IMG/VR virus record: IMGVR_UViG_3300050343_000199
Span: 1 to 64,000 of that record
DNA: 64,000 bases
Reading direction: 5' to 3' (one strand)
Source: a virus
Shown: one piece after another, positions 28,121-36,280 of the stretch
Layout of the letters: the number at the start of each line of letters is the position of its first letter
Numbering within the stretch: the stretch's first letter is position 1
Translations under genes and position numbers: made by a program
The notes under the pieces: generated by a model
What the model was told of the DNA's origin: nothing
Databases searched by the model: none
Seen by the model: the letters and a program-made list of their open reading frames with translations, nothing else

Positions 28121-29536
28121 TCAGTCTAGGCTGACGTTTAGAGTAACCTTAATTTGGTCACCGTTGTTTTGAATAGCGTATGGACCATTAGTAAATCTTT
28201 CTGCAAAGAAAATACTAGCGTAAAGAGTCGCATCACCAGTTCCTGATAAAGCAGGGGTTGTGGTAAATGTTGATGACGTTGGAGTCTCAAATACGGTGTA
28301 GTGTGCAGCAGGGATAGAGCTACTAGAACCTTGTGCAATGTAGATAACATCGCCAGGATTTAGATTATGATCTAAAGCACTGCCACCGGGGTCTGAAGTG
28401 ACGATAGAGTAATCATATAGAATTGCGTCATTACCGTTAGATACCTGAATGTTATCAACTAGCAATTCACTTAGATATACACGAGGACCGATTTCACCGG
28501 TTTTAGTTTCTAGATCAATACCAACAATAGTTGTTGTTGCAGCAATACCATTTGGAGATGCAGTTTGGGAAATTGCCATACCAACAGTTAGATTTTCTGC
28601 GACATTAACTTGGAATGTTGCAGTACCAGAAGCAGCACCAGTAAGTGCTTTGTCTAGGTAAATTGCTGTTCCTGAAATACCAACAACACGAGTTTGTGCT
28701 GCAATACCAGTACCAGTAACTCTCTGACCAATAGCAACATTAGTTGCAGAATCAACTGCAATTTCATATGTTCCAGAAACACCAGAAGTAATCGTTGGAG
28801 TTACATTAACATCAAGAAGGTTAACATAGTTGTTACCAATAACACCTTTACAACCAGACTTAGTAATTTGAGATCCTGAAGCAACACTACCACCATCAAC
28901 TACGCCTTGTAAAGTAACAGGCATGTTGTTTGCACGAGATAGGTAATATCCGTAAACGCTACCAGCAGCAGAAGTGAAGGTGAAAACTTGTTCGGGGTAA
29001 GAAGCGGTAGTTCTACCTCTACCAAAGGAAACTGCAGTTGTACTCATAGTTGCAGTCAATTGCTGACTCAACTCAAGATCTAGACCTTGGATATCAACAA
29101 CATAGGTGTTTGTAGGGATACCAGCACCTTCTGCATAGTCTCCTTTTTTAATATCAGCAGCATCATTAACTGTAATTGCATAAGTTCCAGAAGTTCCGTC
29201 AGCGGTTCTTCCTGTTGCAACTGCATTTAAAGTTGTACCAATATCCCAACGGTTACCATTGAGAAGGATACCATACTGTTCGGTGAAGTCTTGATCTTCT
29301 TCAGTACGATTGTTAACTACTTCGGGATAACCCGTGGAAGGGCTTACGCCATAACCAGCAGAGTTGCTAGCATCGTATGGTTCGTAATAATTCGCTACTG
29401 ATGGAACATCCGATTCAGCAGGGGTGGTATTACTGGTGTATAGTTTTAGAACTAAGTTCCTGGGAATTTTATGAGTCGCGTTCAGTAGTGTACGTAGCGA
29501 ATCAATTTCACCCTGGTCTGTGACTAGAAGTGCCAT
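28121..29536 (-). CDS. 471-aa virion structural protein
   Basis: AAGGAG RBS; LKLYTSNTTPAESD N-terminus and AERF..GPY...GDQIKVT C-terminus. Confidence 0.85.
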   Translation of the reverse strand: MALLVTDQGEIDSLRTLLNATHKIPRNLVLKLYTSNTTPAESDVPSVANYYEPYDASNSAGYGVSPSTGYPEVVNNRTEEDQDFTEQYGILLNGNRWDIGTTLNAVATGRTADGTSGTYAITVNDAADIKKGDYAEGAGIPTNTYVVDIQGLDLELSQQLTATMSTTAVSFGRGRTTASYPEQVFTFTSAAGSVYGYYLSRANNMPVTLQGVVDGGSVASGSQITKSGCKGVIGNNYVNLLDVNVTPTITSGVSGTYEIAVDSATNVAIGQRVTGTGIAAQTRVVGISGTAIYLDKALTGAASGTATFQVNVAENLTVGMAISQTASPNGIAATTTIVGIDLETKTGEIGPRVYLSELLVDNIQVSNGNDAILYDYSIVTSDPGGSALDHNLNPGDVIYIAQGSSSSIPAAHYTVFETPTSSTFTTTPALSGTGDATLYASIFFAERFTNGPYAIQNNGDQIKVTLNVSLD

Positions 29537-29573
29537 TCAACGATCTCCTTGTGTTTCTTACCTATGTTAATGT

Positions 29574-29581
29574 TATTTATA
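29574..29581 (-). promoter_or_regulatory. Late promoter TATAAATA
   Basis: Perfect consensus, intergenic. Confidence 0.85.
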
Positions 29582-29587
29582 CAAAGC

Positions 29588-30316
29588 TTAGAGTGCTAGT
29601 TTCATAGAAACCATACACCTCTGTATATTTATAGCGTAGACAACTTCAAATTGTAAAAGGTCTCCAGCATTTAATGCTTTGTTCCAAGATGAAATTGTAG
29701 TATTTGTATTTTTTCTTTGGACCGAGTTACTTGTAATATCTCCTAACTGTGGTCTTTCAGTGCCACATATAGATGCAAAATTGGGAAAATTTGCATAGTC
29801 AACTTTTCCGATGTCCAATTGAATTTGACCATCTTGGTCACCAATGATAGTCCAAGACTGAATCTCTCCAGTAACATCTAATGTCATTTCTCCTTTAATA
29901 CCGGAAGATAATGGTGCAGACCCAGAATCAATAACAAAATTAATAGTTCTTGTTAAATCAGCTGTTGTGGAAAGTCCTACAACATATACCGTATCTCCTG
30001 CAGTTGGTGCAGTATTAAAGATAATAGTTGTGCCACTAATAGTATAATCAATTCCTGGAACTTGAACTAATCCATTAATAGCAACGATTAATTGCTGATC
30101 ATTGACAGGAGTATATGCGTCTCCTGCTTGATCAATTAATGGATAGTCTGATGTAGTTCCATCAAATACCCAGTTTGTAGTATCAAGAATTTCATTACCA
30201 TATTGTAGATACTTACTAGGAATCTCATAGTTAACACCTACATTGTATTTTTTCTGAGGATCAGAAAGTACATTATAGTTTGATGATTTAACTGAAACAT
30301 TATAGTTAGGCATCAA
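29588..30316 (-). CDS. 242-aa structural protein
   Basis: ORF track; INGLVQVPGIDYTISGTTIIF beta module. Confidence 0.8.
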   Translation of the reverse strand: MMPNYNVSVKSSNYNVLSDPQKKYNVGVNYEIPSKYLQYGNEILDTTNWVFDGTTSDYPLIDQAGDAYTPVNDQQLIVAINGLVQVPGIDYTISGTTIIFNTAPTAGDTVYVVGLSTTADLTRTINFVIDSGSAPLSSGIKGEMTLDVTGEIQSWTIIGDQDGQIQLDIGKVDYANFPNFASICGTERPQLGDITSNSVQRKNTNTTISSWNKALNAGDLLQFEVVYAINIQRCMVSMKLAL

Positions 30317-30648
30317 ACAACTCCTGGTGTTACTTCTAAGATACCTTCAATAACTCTAGTTTTTATTCCTTGGGGGGATGTCAATACAATATCATAAACA
30401 TAACGTCTAGGATCTAATGCTGCTGTTGCTGCATTAGTCATTGAAATTTTTAAAATACCATTATAACGATCAACAAACCCGACAGTAAAATCTGTAGAAG
30501 TTGTTGAATAATAACTACGACGCATCTTAGCATCTGCTGTATATCCAGTCAGATTAAGAGGAGTTGTGTTATCTTCATTCTGGATATTAAAGGTGGCATC
30601 AAAGTCCGTTCCTTTCTCCAGTAATAGATTTAGTGGGATTGCTGCCAT
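30313..30648 (-). CDS. 111-aa beta-sandwich structural protein
   Basis: EKGTDF...LNLTGYT.DAKMR...G.LKISMT...T.ALDP.RYVYDI...RVIEG pattern of phage baseplate/fibre adaptors. Confidence 0.8.
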   Translation of the reverse strand: MAAIPLNLLLEKGTDFDATFNIQNEDNTTPLNLTGYTADAKMRRSYYSTTSTDFTVGFVDRYNGILKISMTNAATAALDPRRYVYDIVLTSPQGIKTRVIEGILEVTPGVV

Positions 30649-30655
30649 GATGGAA

Positions 30656-30826
30656 TCATTCTTCTTTTGTTTCTTCTTTTGAAAGTAGATCTAGAGTTTC
30701 TAAACCACCAACCAACTTAATTTTATATTCTTTCAATTTAGTAAGTTGCTCTTCTGCTTGAGCAATTTTTGCTTCTGCATCTTTGAGCTGACCTTCAAAT
30801 TCAGATCTGAGAGTTACGGAATCCAT
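30656..30826 (-). CDS. 56-aa acidic coiled-coil protein (not in ORF track)
   Basis: MDSVTLRSEFEGQLKDAEAKIAQAEEQLTKLKEYKIKLVGGLETLDLLSKEETKEE; own late promoter. Confidence 0.75.
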   Translation of the reverse strand: MDSVTLRSEFEGQLKDAEAKIAQAEEQLTKLKEYKIKLVGGLETLDLLSKEETKEE

Positions 30827-30850
30827 AATTATTAAACATGATTATAATCA

Positions 30851-30858
30851 TATTTATA
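30851..30858 (-). promoter_or_regulatory. Late promoter TATAAATA
   Basis: Perfect consensus, intergenic. Confidence 0.85.
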
Positions 30859-30883
30859 TGGTCTTAAAAATAATCAATTACAT

Positions 30884-32014
30884 CTAATAGTTAATTATTT
30901 TTGTATATGCATAATTATTGTTTATTCTAGAAACATTGGTAATGGTTCCTGGTAGAAGGGTTACTACTATTGGTGTTTGTAGACCACCACTCGCTAAATA
31001 CTTTCTAATCTTAACCTGACCAGACTCAATATATACAAAAGCAGCTCCTCCAGGAATAGATTGCACTGTCATTCCATAAGAGAATTGGGGGGGAGTGAAA
31101 AGATCACTGAACCCACTGCTACTCATGAGACTACATTTAGGATTGCCATCAGCGATCGGATCTCTTATAGTTATCCATGTATTAGTCCCCAAAACAGCTG
31201 CTGGTGAAAATCCATTAACGGGAGGGTTAAAAAGACCATTACCAGTTATTGCAGTACCAGGTCCATTACCAGTAAATATGTGTACTAATGTTCCATCCAT
31301 ACCAGTAATCAAGCAATATCCATTTCCCCCAGTAGCTGCTATTGGACGAGAATAGTTAGGGTTAAAGTTGGTAGACCCATTGAATCCTATTGTTGTACCT
31401 GAACTATTCACTGTCATAGAACCACGAGCCGATGGTGCGCTAGTACCTTCATTAGGCGCTTTTGTACCTATGGTTCCCATGCTAGACAAAATCCCTGTGC
31501 TGGAATTAATAGTTGCCTGACCAGCTATTACCGGGTTACCAATCATACCGTAAGTACTGTTACGAACTCCCATATTTGTTGCGGTATTGGAAGCTATCTG
31601 AGTCAACCCTGAATTGCTAACACTATGGGTATAAGCAGTAGCCGTAGTATTGCCAGAAGTATTCTCCCAACCAAGAGTTAGTATTTTATCAGACGCAAAT
31701 TTTACACTATCAGCAGTAAAATTAGTAGCAATCTGTCCAGTTGCAATTTTTTGTAAAGTCAGTGCTGACCAAAGTTCCCAAGAACTATTAGAACTCATAT
31801 TTAGAATATTAGTTCCAAATCTATATAAGTGTCCACTATAACCAATATTTGGAATACGTTCTTCTACTTCACCTGTAGTACTGTCTATAAACAATAAATC
31901 GTTATTACTACCACTAGAAAACGGGACAATAAGATACTCACCTGCTTTATTTACGTCGTAACCGGCGTAAGTAATACCGGGACTACTACCACTGAATAAC
32001 ATTTGTTGCATCAT
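30884..32014 (-). CDS. 376-aa beta-rich putative tip adhesin (MMQQM type B)
   Basis: Same N-terminal peptide as the upstream Gly-rich gene; unrelated body. Confidence 0.7.
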   Translation of the reverse strand: MMQQMLFSGSSPGITYAGYDVNKAGEYLIVPFSSGSNNDLLFIDSTTGEVEERIPNIGYSGHLYRFGTNILNMSSNSSWELWSALTLQKIATGQIATNFTADSVKFASDKILTLGWENTSGNTTATAYTHSVSNSGLTQIASNTATNMGVRNSTYGMIGNPVIAGQATINSSTGILSSMGTIGTKAPNEGTSAPSARGSMTVNSSGTTIGFNGSTNFNPNYSRPIAATGGNGYCLITGMDGTLVHIFTGNGPGTAITGNGLFNPPVNGFSPAAVLGTNTWITIRDPIADGNPKCSLMSSSGFSDLFTPPQFSYGMTVQSIPGGAAFVYIESGQVKIRKYLASGGLQTPIVVTLLPGTITNVSRINNNYAYTKIINY

Positions 32015-32026
32015 GTTAATATTCCT

Positions 32027-32854
32027 TTATTCGTATATTAAAACTACTAATCCATCTTGACCTGCAGCACCATAACCATCAATATAATCCGGATCAGTTG
32101 AATCTGCTGCAATTGCCGATCCTCTTCCACCTTGACTAGAAATACTATTAGACCAAGAACCAATAATTATTCCAGATCCTCCACCAGCACCTCCGCCACT
32201 AGCAGTACCAGTATCATATCCACCTCCGCCACCACCACCATAGTATCCAGCACCTCCACCGCCACCACGGTTTCCTGTAGATATACCAGAACCACCAGCA
32301 TATCCACCATTAACTAAACTAGAACCATTATTCCAAGATGTTCCACTACCACCACTTACTCCTGATGGTGCAGATCCTCCGCTTCCTGCGCTTCCTCCAC
32401 CACTTTGCGATGCACCACCACCATAATTTGGACCATCGCCAGATTGTCCAGAACCATTGCCGCCACCGCCACCGCCGTTACCTTTCTGACCAGATCCACC
32501 GCCACCACCAGCAATCAATACAAATGATCCGTATATAGCAGATGATAATCCGCCACCTCTCCCTGATCCATAACCAGATAAATCATGTGGTTGTGTTGCA
32601 GATCCATCATTTGACCCACCGACATGTATAGTAATAGTACTGCCACCTGTTACGGGTATTGTTCCCTCAACGTGACCACCAGCACCGCCAAGAACAGCAA
32701 GATTTTCTCCAGTACCTGCTCCACCGGCACCCCATACTTTTATGGTAACTACAGTTGCTGATTGAGGAACAGTTTCAGTAAAAGTTCCTTTAGTTGAATA
32801 TATTTCATTGGAACCTTGGTAGTTACCATATCCAACCATCATTTGTTGCATCAT
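32027..32854 (-). CDS. 275-aa glycine-rich putative tip adhesin (MMQQM type A)
   Basis: VWGAGGAG, LIAGGGGGSG, GGGGAGYYGGGGGG, GQDGLVVLIY polyglycine motifs. Confidence 0.75.
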   Translation of the reverse strand: MMQQMMVGYGNYQGSNEIYSTKGTFTETVPQSATVVTIKVWGAGGAGTGENLAVLGGAGGHVEGTIPVTGGSTITIHVGGSNDGSATQPHDLSGYGSGRGGGLSSAIYGSFVLIAGGGGGSGQKGNGGGGGGNGSGQSGDGPNYGGGASQSGGGSAGSGGSAPSGVSGGSGTSWNNGSSLVNGGYAGGSGISTGNRGGGGGAGYYGGGGGGGYDTGTASGGGAGGGSGIIIGSWSNSISSQGGRGSAIAADSTDPDYIDGYGAAGQDGLVVLIYE

Positions 32855-32855
32855 A

Positions 32856-34670
32856 TTAACTTAATCCAGAACCCGAAATATATGCAGTATTAGCAGCAGT
32901 AAAAACAAAAGTGCATGCTCCACGTTGAGCTAAAATTCTAGTACCATTAGTACCATCAGCAGTATTATATAAAGTAAGTCCGGAACCTTCTATAATGTTT
33001 ATATCACTAGTAGTTTGATTTACTATAGTAACCATATCACCAGCAGTAAATCCAGTAGGAACAGTTATACTTTGTGATGCAGCAGACTGAACTATCATTT
33101 TACCAGCATCACCAGTAACCAATGTATAAGCACCACTCTTAACTTCAACGCCAAGTCTTCTTAGTGGACCTATTGAATCACTTATAGATCCTACTGACAA
33201 TGTATTAGTAGTAGTAGCACCTCTACCAGTTACACTATCAAGAGTGTCAATTTCATTGGCAGTATTTCTAGCACGAACAGTAATTGTTCCGACCATACCA
33301 GAGTGATTACCACATTGATAAACATAAGATCCAACAGATCCTCCATTACTTATCTGTGGTGTCCAAGATACTTGCCCTGATGTAGCACCTTGATTAGAAA
33401 CCGTTGGGTTGCTAACAGAAGTGCCACCAGAAGTATCTCTTATATAAAATGGATGATTTGTCCCACTACTTATAACAAATTGAATAGTATCTCCTTCATT
33501 GATAGTAATAGGTGCATCATCACCAGAAACGCTACCTAATCTATCATTACCATTTAAATTATATTCTGAGGTGGATGGTGCTGTTACTGCTATACTATAA
33601 ATCTGACCTGTAGATCCACTTGATTGATCAACCCATTGTACATTTCCTGCACCATCACTAGACAATACTTGTTCACTAGTTCCATTGGTAGTTGGATAAG
33701 TTAAACCACCAGCAGTCAGAGAACCAGTGATAGTTACACCAGAAGATGAAAATACTGCTCTATCAGTTAGACCATCCTGACTTGTAATTCTAACCGCAGG
33801 ACCAGAACCAAGAATTAAATTCGCGCTACCACCAGGAGCTCTTATATAAAATGTATCGGTAGAGGATGTATAAGAGATACGACCATCTTGACTTGCACCA
33901 AAATTTAATACTACATCATCAGCAACTTGAATTTGATCATTGAAATCCGTGCTTCCACCAAAAATAAGATTATTATTAGTGCTAGATCCTCTACCAGTTA
34001 CAGTGTCAAGTGTATCTACTTCTGTATATGATGTTAAATACCCAGAATTAGCATGATCACCCCAACCATATGCAGTATCCCAACTAGTTATCTTAGCAGT
34101 AGTAACACCAGCAGCATCACCAAGTGAGGTTAGATATGCTGATAAATCTGGTGGAGTATATGAAAATACTCCATTAGAATTATTGTATGTTAGTGCAGCA
34201 GTACCAACAGAGTTACTAGTAACAGATAAACTTGCTAGTGAAATACCACCACCACCGCCACCTGATCCAGTACCTGCAGGACTAGCATCTACCCATTGGG
34301 TTGAATCTCCATCATTATAATATATTTTTAAATATCCAGTATCGGATTGCCACCAAAGATCTCCATCACTAGGTGATGTAGGTGCAGTATCTGATGCTGT
34401 TACTGAAGCACCACCCCCATTTCCAAGAGAAGTTAAATATCCTGCTTGACTATGATCTCCCCAACTATATGCAGTATTCCAATTAGCAATATTTATTGAA
34501 GTGATACTACCTGCAGTAGAAGAAGTAAATATTGGGTCAGATTCATTTGTACTACTAGAAACTCCAGATCTCCAAGTAAGTCCATCCCATAACCATGTTA
34601 TGTTACCAACAGTGTGTGTATAGCTACCATCTGTTGGTTGCCCTGAGGTTGCGGGAAAATTGATTGCCAT
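32856..34670 (-). CDS. About 604-aa fibre protein (MAINFP type) with cupredoxin-like domain
   Basis: Start moved to 34670 (AAGGAG RBS, late motif, homology to the 38510 start); WGDH shaft repeats; YQCGNHSGM. Confidence 0.8.
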   Translation of the reverse strand: MAINFPATSGQPTDGSYTHTVGNITWLWDGLTWRSGVSSSTNESDPIFTSSTAGSITSINIANWNTAYSWGDHSQAGYLTSLGNGGGASVTASDTAPTSPSDGDLWWQSDTGYLKIYYNDGDSTQWVDASPAGTGSGGGGGGISLASLSVTSNSVGTAALTYNNSNGVFSYTPPDLSAYLTSLGDAAGVTTAKITSWDTAYGWGDHANSGYLTSYTEVDTLDTVTGRGSSTNNNLIFGGSTDFNDQIQVADDVVLNFGASQDGRISYTSSTDTFYIRAPGGSANLILGSGPAVRITSQDGLTDRAVFSSSGVTITGSLTAGGLTYPTTNGTSEQVLSSDGAGNVQWVDQSSGSTGQIYSIAVTAPSTSEYNLNGNDRLGSVSGDDAPITINEGDTIQFVISSGTNHPFYIRDTSGGTSVSNPTVSNQGATSGQVSWTPQISNGGSVGSYVYQCGNHSGMVGTITVRARNTANEIDTLDSVTGRGATTTNTLSVGSISDSIGPLRRLGVEVKSGAYTLVTGDAGKMIVQSAASQSITVPTGFTAGDMVTIVNQTTSDINIIEGSGLTLYNTADGTNGTRILAQRGACTFVFTAANTAYISGSGLS

Positions 34671-34692
34671 TTCTAAAATGCTCCTTCCGTGA

Positions 34693-34700
34693 TATTTATT
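34693..34700 (-). promoter_or_regulatory. Late promoter AATAAATA
   Basis: About 22 nt before ATG 34670. Confidence 0.7.
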
Positions 34701-34711
34701 ATTGTTGATCC

Positions 34712-36253
34712 TTATTTGTGTGTCACGTATGGACCATATGTCCACTCAGCAGGTTTAGATGCTACACCAATTCTAATTTCAATTACACCTTGTGGTGCGG
34801 GGGAACTCTTTTCAGTTCCAGGTGGCATATAAAGATGTCCATTTGGAGCAGGAATTAAACTACGACCATAATCAGTTCCAGGTCCAGTCGCATCATTCCA
34901 ACCCGGCATATCAATTAATTCGTAACCATGTTCTGCAGGACAAGCTGCTGCAGCTGCAGTATTACTTTCTCCAAATCCAGTGTAAATTTTGAGTAGTTTA
35001 TTATTATTACCGGGAGCAGCATAAATGTTACCATCTGCTCCAATTACACAACCTACATGTCTATGATCTGTACCGTGAGTTTGATTATTAACATCAACTG
35101 TACCAATCGCTGCATTAGTTTTATCTGTATTTGATAAATTAGCAAGTACAGTTCTACCAGTTAATTGATGGAAAGTATTTGCAATAGGATCATACTTCAT
35201 AATCCATGGATATTCATCGGGTAAAATATAAATCATACCATCAGGACCCATCTCACATGCTTGTGTGAGATTAGTCATAGTAAGTGAATTCATCAAGAAC
35301 CAACTATCAGCTGAAGTTGAAGATCCGTTATCCGCATATGCTTTATGTGTGAAGTTTACAGTATCTGCAACTGGATCAATAACACCAATATACCTATGGT
35401 AGTTACCAATCATATAAATTTTTCCATCTGGTCCTAGACAAGCATCGCTGAATTTATGGCGACCAGTTCCATTGGTAGAATTCCATGGATATGAACCACC
35501 AGTATCATCAACCAAATTACCAATGTTACCAGTCGTTGCGCCAACTTGAATAGCTTCATACGTTACTGGATTGTATTTTATAACACAATCGTGGAAATCT
35601 GGAACCATATAAATGCACCCATTATTGGGAGCTACAATTCCAGTGCAGAACATAAACCCTGCTTTGGAGTTCAAACTATACGACCCTGGAGAGGAGAATA
35701 GATTATCACCAATAGTGTTCTCTGCTGTTACACTACCAAGTACTCTAGGTCCACCGGGATATGGTTGCCAGTTGGTATGGTTCAGAGGATCGTAGTGATA
35801 TAAATCGTCTCCTCTAGCAGGAACATTAACTACAGTACCATTTGGAGTTGCGACCATTGCTGAAGTTTTACTAGATGCCATATCCTGACCAGCACTGGAG
35901 TGGATATATGACTTTCTGGTATTAGGATCAATCATTAATGTAAATACTGCTCCCTGTCTTCCGCAATAAATTTTACCATTGTTAGTGACAGTACCACCTT
36001 TCCATCCATACTCATCACGATATGGTCCTCTAGTATAAGTTTCATATCCAGTTATAGCACCAGTATTAGCATCAATAATTGGTGTATTCTGAATAGGAAT
36101 TTCAGACCAAGACCCTAAAGCACTAGGAACAACGGATGGGAATGAATTATTACCAACAAAATCATCCTTATTCATATGGTATTGGTGACTGCCACCTTGC
36201 CAAGCATAAGCATAATAATGCTCGGTTCCTACTTTTTGCCTTGCGTTAGTCAT
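34712..36253 (-). CDS. 513-aa seven-bladed beta-propeller protein
   Basis: Seven (P/N)(D/N)G.(I/L)Y-type blade motifs. Confidence 0.75.
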   Translation of the reverse strand: MTNARQKVGTEHYYAYAWQGGSHQYHMNKDDFVGNNSFPSVVPSALGSWSEIPIQNTPIIDANTGAITGYETYTRGPYRDEYGWKGGTVTNNGKIYCGRQGAVFTLMIDPNTRKSYIHSSAGQDMASSKTSAMVATPNGTVVNVPARGDDLYHYDPLNHTNWQPYPGGPRVLGSVTAENTIGDNLFSSPGSYSLNSKAGFMFCTGIVAPNNGCIYMVPDFHDCVIKYNPVTYEAIQVGATTGNIGNLVDDTGGSYPWNSTNGTGRHKFSDACLGPDGKIYMIGNYHRYIGVIDPVADTVNFTHKAYADNGSSTSADSWFLMNSLTMTNLTQACEMGPDGMIYILPDEYPWIMKYDPIANTFHQLTGRTVLANLSNTDKTNAAIGTVDVNNQTHGTDHRHVGCVIGADGNIYAAPGNNNKLLKIYTGFGESNTAAAAACPAEHGYELIDMPGWNDATGPGTDYGRSLIPAPNGHLYMPPGTEKSSPAPQGVIEIRIGVASKPAEWTYGPYVTHK

Positions 36254-36272
36254 TAAAACAGTGCTTTTTCAT

Positions 36273-36280
36273 TATTTATG
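36273..36280 (-). promoter_or_regulatory. Late promoter CATAAATA overlapping the upstream stop
   Basis: About 20 nt before ATG 36253. Confidence 0.65.

Noticed and set aside
34671-34745. N-terminal extension of the 629-aa ORF (and 13461..13490 of the 503-aa ORF)
   Set aside because: Paralog homology (both cases) plus RBS and late-promoter position (629-aa ORF) place the starts at 34670 and 13460.
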